From an uncultured Bacilli bacterium (GTDB lineage Bacteria > Bacillota_I > Bacilli_A > RF39 > UBA660): 64,000 nucleotides of DNA. Both the position numbers and the translations under genes were made by a program. The stretch covers positions 1,815 through 65,814 of the forward strand of contig CALVZF010000001.1 of assembly GCA_944372455.1 (NCBI GenBank). The letters are read 5' to 3'. Under the pieces are notes generated by a model, which saw only the letters and a program-made list of their open reading frames with translations, was not told where the DNA came from and did not search any database. This document shows positions 38,866 to 49,021 of the stretch, piece by piece (positions within the stretch are counted from its first letter, which is position 1; each line of letters starts with the position of its first letter).

Positions 38866-39669
38866 ATGAAAAAGAAAATAATTATTTCGGTTTTAGTAAT
38901 TCTTTTAATTATTTTAATACTATATTTTTTAATACTGAGAAATATATACTTAGGATATAAAAAAATAAGTATAATCTATGATAAAGAAAATAATAGTCAA
39001 ACGGTAGAATTAGGGATTCCTAAATTATCATTCATGGCTAAAGAAAATGATAAAAGTTATTCGTTTAAAAATTTAAGAAGTAATAAAGTTTTGCTTAATG
39101 AAGTTAAAGATTTTTTAAAAACTTTAGAAAGCTTAAACTGTAATAATACAACCTATTATTATGATTCAAAAAATGACTTTACCATTGTAGACTATTCCGT
39201 AAAAAATAATTTTGTTTATAATACTATCTCTTATAGAATTGTTTATGGTAATTATTGCAATCAAAACAAACTAGCTGAATACGCAAAAAAACTTGGTGGA
39301 CTTAAAAGATATCATACTATAAATGGTGGAAAAATAACTTTAAATGAAAGCTGGAATTCTAAATTTGAAATGTTGTTTTTAGATGACATTACTGAATCAA
39401 ATAAAGGTTATAAATTTAAAGCTAATTTAAAAGTAATGTATTATAAAAGAAAATCCGAAAAAGAATTTTACACATATACTTTAGAAAATTCAGTTGGAAA
39501 CTTTCAAATAAAAGATGATAAGTTATATTATACTAGAACAGAAATATTAGAAAGTTCTAATGATATAACAATTCCTAATGAATCTATTTTTAAAATAAAA
39601 GATAGTAAATTAATTTTAACTGACAATTATTTAAGTAATTATTATGATCAAGAAATAATTTTAAATTAA
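38866..39669 (+). CDS. membrane-anchored hypothetical protein
   Basis: N-terminal TM; 267 aa extracytoplasmic portion with no recognisable domain. Confidence 0.3.
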   Translation: MKKKIIISVLVILLIILILYFLILRNIYLGYKKISIIYDKENNSQTVELGIPKLSFMAKENDKSYSFKNLRSNKVLLNEVKDFLKTLESLNCNNTTYYYDSKNDFTIVDYSVKNNFVYNTISYRIVYGNYCNQNKLAEYAKKLGGLKRYHTINGGKITLNESWNSKFEMLFLDDITESNKGYKFKANLKVMYYKRKSEKEFYTYTLENSVGNFQIKDDKLYYTRTEILESSNDITIPNESIFKIKDSKLILTDNYLSNYYDQEIILN

Positions 39670-39849
39670 AAAAGGCGATTTTTTATTGTCTTTTTTAATT
39701 TACTATAAATTATACAAGTCAATATCTAAATAATATTTCTTTAAATTTTAAATAAGCAATAATGAATTTATTTAATTATTTAAAAAATGTATACAAAAAG
39801 CCAAAATAATAGTATATTAACATTAGGTATTTAAAAAGGAGTGATATTT

Positions 39850-40527
39850 ATGAATAGAGTAAGTCATTTATTATGGGGAGTCTTCTTGGTTATTATTGGA
39901 GTTATTTTTGGATTGAACGCTTTAGAAATTACAGATATTAATATTTTCTTTGATGGTTGGTGGTGTTTTATTATAATTATTCCATGTTTTATTGATTTAT
40001 TTAAAGATAAAGATAAAAGTTTCGATATCATAGGGATAATTGTTGGTACTATATTGTTTTTAGGATGTCAAAGCCTAATAAGTTTTGAACTTATTTTAAA
40101 GTTAGTTATACCTTTAATTTTAGTTTTGAGTGGTTTATCATTTATTTTTAGAGACTTATTAAATAGTAAAGTAAAAAAAGAAATTAAAAAAATTAATAAA
40201 AAGAGTGGTAAAGAATATTATGCTACTTTTGGAGGTCAAAATCTTAATTTTGATGATGAAGAATTTACAGGATGTAGTTTAAACTCTATTTTTGGCGGGA
40301 TAAAATGTGATTTAAAAGATGCCATTATAAAAAAAGATACTGTAATAAATGCCAGTTCAATTTTTGGGGGAATAACAATATATGTACCTGATAATGTAAA
40401 AATAAAAATAAATTCAACCCCTATTTTTGGAGGAGTATCTGATGAAAGAAAAAATAGAAATACTGAATCAGAAATAACATTATATATTAATTCAACTTGT
40501 ATTTTTGGAGGGATTGAAATTAAATGA
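39850..40527 (+). CDS. LiaF-like membrane protein (toast-rack/DUF2154-like C-domain)
   Basis: 4 TM helices, then repeated IFGG beta-strand motifs (SIFGGIKCDL, SIFGGITIYV, PIFGGVSDE, CIFGGIEIK). Confidence 0.45.
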   Translation: MNRVSHLLWGVFLVIIGVIFGLNALEITDINIFFDGWWCFIIIIPCFIDLFKDKDKSFDIIGIIVGTILFLGCQSLISFELILKLVIPLILVLSGLSFIFRDLLNSKVKKEIKKINKKSGKEYYATFGGQNLNFDDEEFTGCSLNSIFGGIKCDLKDAIIKKDTVINASSIFGGITIYVPDNVKIKINSTPIFGGVSDERKNRNTESEITLYINSTCIFGGIEIK

Positions 40528-41321
40528 TCCAGTTTCAAAAGTTAATTAAATATTGTGCTATTGCTTTCGCCTTTTTTCTTATATTTAATATTATTTCAGG
40601 AATTATTTATGGAATTTCATTATTTAGTAATGCTTCTAATAATAGTTTAAATGAATTTGAAAACTTAAATGTAAATCAGGATACATTTGTTTTAAATATT
40701 GATATATTTAGTATGAATATATCTATCAAAACTGGTAATAAACTTAAGATTGAAACTAATAACAAAAACATTAATTTTAAACAAGATAATAACAGATTAC
40801 ATATTAAAGAAAAACATGGATGGTTTAATAAAACTCAAAATAGTGATTTAATAATATATGTACCTCAAAATTTTATATTTGATATGGTTTCCATTGAATC
40901 TGGTGCAGGAAAATTAAATGTTGACCAATTGCTTACTAAAAATTTATACTTAGACCTGGGAGCAGGGAAAGTAGTTATTAATAATTTAAATACATTTGAT
41001 AATACAGAAATTGATGGAGGAGCTGGTTCAATAGAAATTAATAATGGAAAAATTAATAATTTAGATTTAGATATGGGAGTAGGACAATTATCTTTAAATT
41101 CTACATTAACTGGTAATAATAAAATAGATTCTGGAGTAGGTGTGATAGACCTAAATTTGAATGGAACTATTAATGATTATAAAATAAAAATTGATAAAGG
41201 AATCGGAGCTGTAAATCTTAATGGCGAAAAAGTAAAAGGAAATACTTATTACGGTACTGGTTCAAATTTAGTTGATGTTGATGGTGGGATAGGTAATATT
41301 AATATTTCCATTTTAGACTAA
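40524..41321 (+). CDS. DUF4097 (LiaG/YvlB-like putative adhesin, beta-strand repeat) protein
   Basis: N-terminal TM; repeated G-A/V-G-x-h-x-h-N repeats (SGAGKLNV, LGAGKVVI, GGAGSIEI, MGVGQLSL, SGVGVIDL, KGIGAVNL). Confidence 0.5.
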   Translation: MIQFQKLIKYCAIAFAFFLIFNIISGIIYGISLFSNASNNSLNEFENLNVNQDTFVLNIDIFSMNISIKTGNKLKIETNNKNINFKQDNNRLHIKEKHGWFNKTQNSDLIIYVPQNFIFDMVSIESGAGKLNVDQLLTKNLYLDLGAGKVVINNLNTFDNTEIDGGAGSIEINNGKINNLDLDMGVGQLSLNSTLTGNNKIDSGVGVIDLNLNGTINDYKIKIDKGIGAVNLNGEKVKGNTYYGTGSNLVDVDGGIGNINISILD

Positions 41322-41354
41322 AAAGATGGTAAAATAAGTATATAGGTGATCATT

Positions 41355-42563
41355 ATGAGTAAAAACGAAATATATATTGGTGATAATTTTAAAGTTATGA
41401 ATACTTCTAATTTTAAGAAGTACCAAAATAAAATTAAAATGATTTATATTGACCCACCCTATAATACAAAAGGAAATAAAAGCTATAACGATAAGGTTGA
41501 AAGTAATGATTGGGCTTCATTTATGTATGAACGTATAAAAAAATCAAAAGAATTTTTAAAAGATGATGGTGTTATTTTTATTAGTATTGATGACAATGAA
41601 TATGCTAATCTTAAAATCTTATGTGATCAAATTTTTGGAAAAGATAATTTTGTTGGAACTTTCATTACTAATCAATCTCAAAGAAGTAATGCCAAACATA
41701 TTAATACTGTTCATGAATATATTTTGTGTTTTGCTAAAAATAAGAAAAAACTTGGAAAATTTCAAATTAATAGAATGGAAATCCCTGAAGATAAACAAAT
41801 GATTACAAAATTATATAGAGAAATAACTAAGATTTACAAACAAGAAGGCTACAAAATTGCTAATGAAAAAATTAAACCTATAATAAAAAATTATTGTTTT
41901 AAATACGGAATTACTTGGTTAAAAAATTACTGTAATGTAGATGAAAGCGGTAGAATATTTTTTGCAACAGACCTTTCAACTCCTGGAACTCCTCGTGATG
42001 TTAACATTAAAGAAATAGGTTTAAAATTAAAAGCATTGAAAACTAGAGGATGGTCAAGTGATAAAAAATTAATTGAATTACATAATAAAAATTTACTTTA
42101 TTTTAAAGAAGGTAGACCATATCATAAACATTATCTAGAAGAAGCTATGGATAATGTACCATCAATTTTAAAATTTTTCTCAAGACAAGGAACAAACGAC
42201 TTAAAAAAACTTGGGATTCCTAATATTTTTGATACTCCAAAACCAGTTGAAATGATTAAATTTTTAATTAGAATTTCAACAAAATCAAATGATTTAATTA
42301 TGGATTTTTTTGCAGGATCTGGAACTACAGCTCAAGCAGTATATGAATTGAATAAAGAAAAAGAAAGAAAAAATAAGTATATATTGATACAAATAAATGA
42401 AAAAGTAAATAAAAATTCTTTTGTGTATCAAGCATGTATAGATAATCACATTGATCCAAATGTTTCTGAAATTTTACAATTTAGAATAAATTATTATTTG
42501 AAAAAAAATAATATGAAACAAGATTATGAATTATTTAAAATAGATAATTTAAATGAGGTGTAG
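41355..42563 (+). CDS. beta-class DNA methyltransferase (N6-adenine or N4-cytosine), Type II R-M
   Basis: Motif IV IYIDPPYN near the N-terminus and motif I FFAGSGTTAQA near the C-terminus (IV-before-I order, beta class). Confidence 0.85.
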   Translation: MSKNEIYIGDNFKVMNTSNFKKYQNKIKMIYIDPPYNTKGNKSYNDKVESNDWASFMYERIKKSKEFLKDDGVIFISIDDNEYANLKILCDQIFGKDNFVGTFITNQSQRSNAKHINTVHEYILCFAKNKKKLGKFQINRMEIPEDKQMITKLYREITKIYKQEGYKIANEKIKPIIKNYCFKYGITWLKNYCNVDESGRIFFATDLSTPGTPRDVNIKEIGLKLKALKTRGWSSDKKLIELHNKNLLYFKEGRPYHKHYLEEAMDNVPSILKFFSRQGTNDLKKLGIPNIFDTPKPVEMIKFLIRISTKSNDLIMDFFAGSGTTAQAVYELNKEKERKNKYILIQINEKVNKNSFVYQACIDNHIDPNVSEILQFRINYYLKKNNMKQDYELFKIDNLNEV

Positions 42564-42565
42564 GT

Positions 42566-43228
42566 ATGAATAATAAAGATTTAAAATTACTTCATAAAGG
42601 GTATTTTGAACCAATAGATGAAAACTTTATAAAAGAAGGAACTGAAATTTTAAAACAATTAAAAGTGATTCAAGAAAAATATCAAAAAGAAGATACCGAT
42701 ACTTTTATAAATGAATTAAGAGATTCCATTGCTGGTAAAGCTTTAGGATTTAATTTAGTAAATACTGAAAAACATGGTTTTGATTGTAAAGAAGAAAAAA
42801 ATCAATCTATTTATTTAGAAGTTAAATCCGCAAGTTTTATTGCTAAGACATGGCAAGCCACATTTAATGATACTACTTTTGAAAAAGCTGAAGCCTTTAA
42901 AAATAAAAACGTATATTTAGCTTTAGCAGTATGGAATGATGCTAGTGATCTACTATTTATTTGTTATGGACAAAATAGGGAAATAGGAGAATTTCTTGAA
43001 AAAAAAGTTAAACATTTTAAAGAAGGACGTACAGTAAGGAGTACTCAATCTATACCATTATCAACTTTAGTATTCAATTATGGATTTAAAATACTTGCAG
43101 TTAATAGAAGTAAACAAGAAGTATTAAATATTTTAAAAGCTAAAAATTTAAAATTTAAAAATTTAACTATTGATAATATAGTATCAGTTGAAGAATTTAA
43201 TAGAATTGAAGAAGAAATTTACTGTTAA
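42566..43228 (+). CDS. putative Type II restriction endonuclease (PD-(D/E)xK)
   Basis: Translationally coupled to the MTase; candidate PD-(D/E)xK core HGFD...YLEVK. Confidence 0.5.
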   Translation: MNNKDLKLLHKGYFEPIDENFIKEGTEILKQLKVIQEKYQKEDTDTFINELRDSIAGKALGFNLVNTEKHGFDCKEEKNQSIYLEVKSASFIAKTWQATFNDTTFEKAEAFKNKNVYLALAVWNDASDLLFICYGQNREIGEFLEKKVKHFKEGRTVRSTQSIPLSTLVFNYGFKILAVNRSKQEVLNILKAKNLKFKNLTIDNIVSVEEFNRIEEEIYC

Positions 43229-43285
43229 ATAAAATTTACTAAATAATTTATATATAATAGACAATACTAAAAATGGTGAGAAAAA

Positions 43286-43768
43286 ATGACAAAATTTTCA
43301 AAATATATTTTAAGTATTGTTTTTCTTATTATTTTATTTATACAATATTTTACCTTTATCAAAAATAATAACAATACAGTTAGTGTATTTAATCAAAATA
43401 AAAATCAAACAAATAATGAATTTAATTATTATGAATTAACTTTTAAAAATGGAATAAATATTAAGAATATGAAAAATTATTTTTCAAAATTAAAATCTAA
43501 TGAATATAAAATTAATATAGTAACTCCAAAAATTAATCCCGCTTGGAATAATAATCTTAAAGAAAACCTTGAAAGTATAGAATATACAAGTATTGATAAA
43601 TTATTTAAATACTATCTTAATTGTTTAGAAGAATATCATTTAGATGAGGAAATTAATAATACTAAAATTTATGGTATAGAAATAGAAAAGTTAGTTATAT
43701 ACACTTCAAATAAAAATATAAAACTATTAAAAGCTAGCGACAATAATTTAGAATATAAACAAAAATGA
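43286..43768 (+). CDS. hypothetical membrane-anchored protein
   Basis: N-terminal TM; no recognisable domain. Confidence 0.3.
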   Translation: MTKFSKYILSIVFLIILFIQYFTFIKNNNNTVSVFNQNKNQTNNEFNYYELTFKNGINIKNMKNYFSKLKSNEYKINIVTPKINPAWNNNLKENLESIEYTSIDKLFKYYLNCLEEYHLDEEINNTKIYGIEIEKLVIYTSNKNIKLLKASDNNLEYKQK

Positions 43769-43790
43769 AGAAACTTTTTAAGTTTCTTCA

Positions 43791-43988
43791 TTATTCAGTC
43801 ATTGAGATTGCTCCAGTTGGACAATTTTCAATTGCTTCTTCTACATCAGCTTTGTTTTCATTAATTTTAGCATCATCCATTACAAATGCAAGTCCATCGT
43901 CATCTATTTCAAATACTTCTGGTACCATTGCTTGACAAGCACCACAACCTATACATACATCTTTATTTACTTTAAGCATTTTATTCAC
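43791..43988 (-). CDS. small ferredoxin (Fe-S, Cys-x2-Cys-x2-Cys ... Cys-Pro)
   Basis: 65 aa; CIGCGAC...CPTGAI motifs. Confidence 0.8.
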   Translation of the reverse strand: MNKMLKVNKDVCIGCGACQAMVPEVFEIDDDGLAFVMDDAKINENKADVEEAIENCPTGAISMTE

Positions 43989-44085
43989 CTCTATACATGA
44001 TTATATATATTAAAAATTAAAAAATCAACAAAAAAAGTGTTATATATTTTATTTTTGACAAAAATATGTTATTATTTTGATATGA

Positions 44086-44931
44086 ATGGTAAGAAGGTGG
44101 TTATTTGTGAAGAGTAGAATGGATAGATATTACAACGCAAATAATAAGTTTGTCGGAAGGACAACTAAAAATGAAAATTTGTATAAAGAAGCAGATTACA
44201 GTGTATATTCATCAAATGAAACAATAATTGACACAAATAATGAAATAGATATTACCAAATTGAAAGATATTATAAAAAGTAGAGAAGATTATCAACGTGC
44301 TAAATCATATAGAAATATGCTTAACGATAAAAAATTTGATTATGATGATGTTAGTTATGAAGAAGATACTTATGAAGAAAAAGATTATGATATTAATGCA
44401 CTTTTAGATAAAGTAAAAAAAGAAAAAAATATTGTTCACGAAGAAGATAAATATAGAAAACTTAGAAATACACAATACGATATATTAAGTAACCTTGATA
44501 TAAAAAACAAACATAAAACTAATCAAATTAACGAAGAAGAAGAAAAACAAGATTTACAGGGATTAATAGATTCTATTACTCATAAAACTAATAGTAACGA
44601 ATCAAAAACCTTAGATCCTACTGATTTATTATCAGATTTAAAAGCAGAAAATACTATGGTTACCGATCCAATAACAGAAGATACATTAAAAGAAAAAGAA
44701 ATAGAAGAATTACAAAAAAAGAAAGAGTTAAATGAAGAAAGTGATACTAGCTTTTATTCAGATTCGTTTAATTTTTCTAAAAAAGATTTTGAAGGTTTTC
44801 AAGATTTACAAGATGATGTTAAATCAAATAATATCTTAATCAAAATTTTAATATTTATTTTGGTAATCATAATTTTAACAATTGGGGTTTTAATTTTAGA
44901 TTATTTTTATCATTTTATACCATTTATGTAA
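44086..44931 (+). CDS. acidic protein with C-terminal TM anchor, unknown function
   Basis: Highly charged/acidic low-complexity body with a C-terminal hydrophobic helix. Confidence 0.3.
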   Translation: MVRRWLFVKSRMDRYYNANNKFVGRTTKNENLYKEADYSVYSSNETIIDTNNEIDITKLKDIIKSREDYQRAKSYRNMLNDKKFDYDDVSYEEDTYEEKDYDINALLDKVKKEKNIVHEEDKYRKLRNTQYDILSNLDIKNKHKTNQINEEEEKQDLQGLIDSITHKTNSNESKTLDPTDLLSDLKAENTMVTDPITEDTLKEKEIEELQKKKELNEESDTSFYSDSFNFSKKDFEGFQDLQDDVKSNNILIKILIFILVIIILTIGVLILDYFYHFIPFM

Positions 44932-44977
44932 TATTTTAAGTTAATCATAATATACTTTATTGAAGCGAGGGATATAT

Positions 44978-45502
44978 ATGATTAACAAACAAAGTATATG
45001 GTTTTTAACACTTTTCAGTCTAATACTTGTTTTAAGCGTTTATTACATTACAATGCCAAATGAACTTCTTTTAACTAATAATTCAACGCAAACTACTAAA
45101 AATGAAGAAAAAACTGAAACTACTAGTAAAACTGATGACGTAGTAGTAAAAGAAAGTGAAGTTTTGACGGCTCTAAGAGTAGAAGCAGAAGAAAAAAGAA
45201 CAGAAGAAATTAATGAGTTAAACAAAACTTTAAATAATAAAGAAGCTAGTGTTGAAGATAAAAATAATGCATTTGAAAAAATAAAAGATTTAAATTCTAT
45301 AAAAGGAAAAGAACAGTTATTAGAAAAAAAGATTAAAGAAGAATACAAATTAGATGCATTTGTAAAAGTTGATGATAATAATCAAGTAAGAGTAGTAGTA
45401 TCAAGTAGCGAACAAAGCGTAGAACTTGCTAACAACATTATGAGATTAGTCCAAGAAAACTTTGATACAAAGATGTATATATCTGTAAAATTTCAAAGCT
45501 AA
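44978..45502 (+). CDS. SpoIIIAH-like sporulation protein (N-terminal TM + YscJ/FliF-like C-domain)
   Basis: Architecture and C-terminal FVKVDDNNQVRVVVSS... resemble SpoIIIAH; lies upstream of gerE. Confidence 0.4.
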   Translation: MINKQSIWFLTLFSLILVLSVYYITMPNELLLTNNSTQTTKNEEKTETTSKTDDVVVKESEVLTALRVEAEEKRTEEINELNKTLNNKEASVEDKNNAFEKIKDLNSIKGKEQLLEKKIKEEYKLDAFVKVDDNNQVRVVVSSSEQSVELANNIMRLVQENFDTKMYISVKFQS

Positions 45503-45612
45503 CAATTGTTAGTTTTTTTAGTTAAAAAGCCTTTCACTTATATTTAACATAAACATACAATACTATGAGTAAAAATATAAGCCACCTCTATTAGGAGGAA
45601 AGGAAGGGAAAT

Positions 45613-45819
45613 ATGAGTAAAGAAATAATGACCAAAAGAGAGAAGGAAGTATTTGTATTACTTGTACAAAATAAAAGTACTAAAGAAATTGCAAACGAAT
45701 TAAATATTAGTGAAAAAACAGTAAGAAATCATATCTCTAATGCAATGCAAAAATTAGGGGTTAAAGGTAGAGCACAAGCAGTAGTAGAATTATTAAAATT
45801 AGGAGAATTGAGTCTATAA
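45613..45819 (+). CDS. gerE: GerE (LuxR-family sporulation transcription factor)
   Basis: Near-identical to B. subtilis GerE over LTKREREVFELLVQDKTTKEIA-EL-ISEKTVRNHISNAMQKLGVKGR-QAVVELL. Confidence 0.85.
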   Translation: MSKEIMTKREKEVFVLLVQNKSTKEIANELNISEKTVRNHISNAMQKLGVKGRAQAVVELLKLGELSL

Positions 45820-45898
45820 AACAAAAGTCATCAAAAATAAAATGGTGACTTTTCATTTTTTATAAATATATACATATCATTAATTAGAGGTGGAATTT

Positions 45899-46864
45899 AT
45901 GTTAAAAAGAATTTCAATTAGAAAAATCACTTTAGCAACATTTACTTTACTAGTATTATTAGTTATGTATTTAATTCCTAATAATACTAAAGATTTAAAG
46001 GTTCCACAAATAGAAGAATATACTTCATTGGATACTAATAATATGCATGAAATTTATTTAATAGATAGAAATAATTATGTGGCTAGAACTACCATATCAT
46101 ACGTATCTAGTAATAAATCCGTTGAAGAACAAGCTAAAGAATTATTAGAAGCAATGATAGTTGAAGGAAAAAAAGAAAGTTTAATTCCTAATGGATTTAA
46201 GGCTATAATTCCTTCAGGTACAAAAATTTTAAGTATAAATTTTGATAATGGTAATCTTAAACTAAATTTTTCTAAGGATTTTTTAGATATAAATGAAGAA
46301 TATGAGGAAAAAATGATTGAATCTATTTGTTACACTTTGACTAGTATAGATGAGATAAAAGGAATTTTAATTTATGTTGAAGATAAACTATTAACTGAAT
46401 TACCAAAAAGCAAGAAATTTTTACCAAGTATTTTAAATAGAAGTTTTGGGATTAATAAAGTATTTAATATCACTAGTATTAAGAATGTTGACCCAGTTAC
46501 TATTTATTATATAAATAAGTATAACGATAATTATTATTATATTCCGGTTACCAAATATTTAAACAAAAAAGATGATAAAGTAAAAGTAATTATTGAAGAA
46601 TTAGCAAGTACTCCAACATATCAGAATAATCTTATGAGTTTTTTAAATTCAAATGCTAAATTATTAGATTATGAAATTAAAGATAAACAAATGAGTTTAG
46701 AATTTAATAATTATTTGCTTGATGATTTTGAAAAAATGAACATTTTAGAAGAGGTTAAATATACTATTTCATTGTCAATTAAAGATAATTATGATGTAGA
46801 TGAGATTGTTTTCTACGTTGATAACAAAGAAATTTCAAAAACTGTATTTAAAAATGTTGAATAA
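45899..46864 (+). CDS. GerMN-domain (GerM-like) sporulation/germination protein
   Basis: N-terminal anchor plus two repeats of GerMN-like length; position next to gerE; weak motif support. Confidence 0.4.
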   Translation: MLKRISIRKITLATFTLLVLLVMYLIPNNTKDLKVPQIEEYTSLDTNNMHEIYLIDRNNYVARTTISYVSSNKSVEEQAKELLEAMIVEGKKESLIPNGFKAIIPSGTKILSINFDNGNLKLNFSKDFLDINEEYEEKMIESICYTLTSIDEIKGILIYVEDKLLTELPKSKKFLPSILNRSFGINKVFNITSIKNVDPVTIYYINKYNDNYYYIPVTKYLNKKDDKVKVIIEELASTPTYQNNLMSFLNSNAKLLDYEIKDKQMSLEFNNYLLDDFEKMNILEEVKYTISLSIKDNYDVDEIVFYVDNKEISKTVFKNVE

Positions 46865-46916
46865 TCCTTTATTTTGTTGTATAATTAACATGCGATTTAA
46901 TTATTTTGCATGTTAT

Positions 46917-46993
46917 GTCCTGGTAGCTCAGTTGGATAGAGCAATCGCCTTCTAAGCGATCGGTCAGGGGTTCGAATCCCTTCCAGGACACCA
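46917..46993 (+). tRNA. tRNA-Arg (anticodon TCT)
   Basis: Cloverleaf: acceptor GTCCTGG/CCAGGAC, D-arm GCTC-AGTTGGATA-GAGC, anticodon loop CTTCTAA, T-arm GGGGTTCGAATCCC, encoded CCA. Confidence 0.9.
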
Positions 46994-46999
46994 CTTTAT

Positions 47000-47084
47000 G
47001 CGGATGTGGCGGAATTGGCAGACGCACTAGACTTAGGATCTAGCGGAGCAATCCATGGGGGTTCAAGTCCCTTCATCCGCACCA
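47000..47084 (+). tRNA. tRNA-Leu (anticodon TAG), long variable arm
   Basis: Acceptor GCGGATG/CATCCGC, anticodon stem-loop CTAGA-CTTAGGA-TCTAG, variable arm, T-arm GGGGTTCAAGTCCC, encoded CCA. Confidence 0.9.
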
Positions 47085-47095
47085 TTGAGGTTGAT

Positions 47096-47127
47096 ACACG
47101 CACACCTATATTAGATGTGTGTTTTTC
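47096..47127 (+). terminator. putative terminator after the tRNA pair
   Basis: CACAC-loop-GTGTG stem followed by TTTTT; modest. Confidence 0.35.
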
Positions 47128-47194
47128 TTTGTTTAAAATAAGTTCATAATATTTGGTATTATGGGCTTTTTTCAATACTAGGAGGTGAATTTTT

Positions 47195-47488
47195 TTGAAA
47201 ACGACCATAGAAACTTTAAAATTTCCTTGTGAATTTAAGAAAAAACTTAAAATGAAAGCGAGTTTAGGTAATTTAAGTATTAGTTATATTGATGGACATT
47301 TAATTAAGATTAATAATATTAATCTAGGTATAACAGAACCATATAAGATGATTATTAAGAATAATAAAATTACTTTAATTGCTTATTTATATGAAGATAA
47401 TGATAAAATATATTTACCTATTAGTAATGCAATTATAACATTCACAAAATTTACTCAAATACTTAATTCAATGAATAATTTTATTTGA
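47195..47488 (+). CDS. hypothetical protein (TTG start after a strong RBS)
   Basis: AGGAGGTGA RBS 6 nt upstream of TTG; 97 aa, no recognisable domain. Confidence 0.25.
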   Translation: MKTTIETLKFPCEFKKKLKMKASLGNLSISYIDGHLIKINNINLGITEPYKMIIKNNKITLIAYLYEDNDKIYLPISNAIITFTKFTQILNSMNNFI

Positions 47489-47726
47489 TAGTTTATTTAA
47501 GAATTTATTTTTTAATTTAATCCTTATAAAATATGGAAAAGCGGCAAAAAAACACAACTAAAAATACAACTAAAATTTCCACTAAATTCGCTACTGACAA
47601 AGCAATTTAAAACTGCTAAAATAAGGTATGCTAGGAGAAAATTAGATATAATCCTAGTAATTAAACACAAGGAAAATTTTATTTCTTGTGTTTTTTCATA
47701 TTTAAAAAGGAAGGAGGTAGAAAAAT

Positions 47727-49009
47727 ATGCAAGAAAAAAAAATAATAGCTGGTTTATATCCTCGTGTATCAACTGAGGATCAAAGTAGATATGGACATAG
47801 TCTAGATGAACAAGAAGATAGATTAAAGAAATTGTGTGATTATAAGGAATATGAAATTTATAAAGTCTATCGTGAAGAAGGGGTTTCAGCTAAAAGTATG
47901 AAACGACCTAAATTTCAAGAAATGATTGAAGATATGAAGTCTGGTAAAATAAATAAAATTATTGTTTATAAATTAGATAGATTAACTCGTTCTATACAGG
48001 ATTTAGAAAGTATCTTTAGAATGCTTGAAGAATATGATTATAGCTTAGAAAGTGTATCAGAAGATATTAATACTGAAACAGCAACTGGTAAATTCTTTGT
48101 TAGAATGACTACAATACTAGCTCAACTAGAAATTGAAAGATGTTCTGAAAGAACTAAATTTGGTTTAGTAGGAGCTGCTAAAAAAGGTCATATAAGTGGA
48201 CAGCCACCTTTAGGTTATACTAAAGAATCAGAAAATAAATCTATTATAATTGATGATGTACAAGCTGAAGTTGTAAGAAGAATATTTAGATTGTATCTTG
48301 ATGGTATGTCAGTATGTTCTATTTGTAAATTATTTAAAGAAGAAAATGTATTAAATAGAAGATGGCCTACTACAACTGTAGATAAAATATTATCTAATCA
48401 ACTCTATATTTGTAATGTGGTTCATAGAAAAAGATCTGGTGAAGATGTAGAAATATTTGAAGATGTTGTACCTGCAATTATAGATAAAACTGATTTTGAA
48501 ATGGTACAAAAAGCAAAGAAAAGAATCTAAAGAATTATATGAGAAAACATACTTTTATCTTTATGCAGAAAATTAAATGTCCTAAATGTAATAAGATTAT
48601 GGGTGGATGCTCTAGTACAAGTAAAACTGGTAAGAAACATATCTATTATCAATGTTCAAAATGCAGAATGAGAATCAGCGAGAAGAAATGTGAAAAATCC
48701 ATCTTAAAATTCTTAAATGATATGTTGGATTTCTTCTTAATAATTGATAATTCATTTAAACCTATAATGAATAAAGACACATCAAATGAAATAATAAAAT
48801 ATAAAAATAAATTATCAGAACTAGAAGAAAAAGATACAAGAATTAAGAAGGCATTTGTTGATGGATTATTAGAACCAGATGATTTACAAACTGAAATTAA
48901 ATTATTAAATTCGGAAATTGATATTGTAAAAAACAAAATAAATGAGTTAGAAAAGTTACAAAATTCATTAGATTATAAACAAGATATTAATACATTCTTT
49001 AATCTATAA
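47727..49009 (+). pseudogene. large serine recombinase (resolvase + recombinase + zinc-ribbon/coiled-coil), split by a frameshift near 48500-48530
   Basis: N-terminal catalytic YPRVSTEDQ and recombinase domain in frame 0 (47727-48530). Zn ribbon CPKCNK...CSKC and coiled coil continue in the -1 frame from 48500, open to 49009. The junction sits in an A-rich tract. Confidence 0.7.
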
Positions 49010-49021
49010 GAAATAGAAAAA

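Noticed and set aside
47524-47772. 82 aa minus-strand ORF overlapping the recombinase start
   Set aside because: It overlaps the recombinase RBS and start and a + strand terminator, and has no RBS. Judged spurious.
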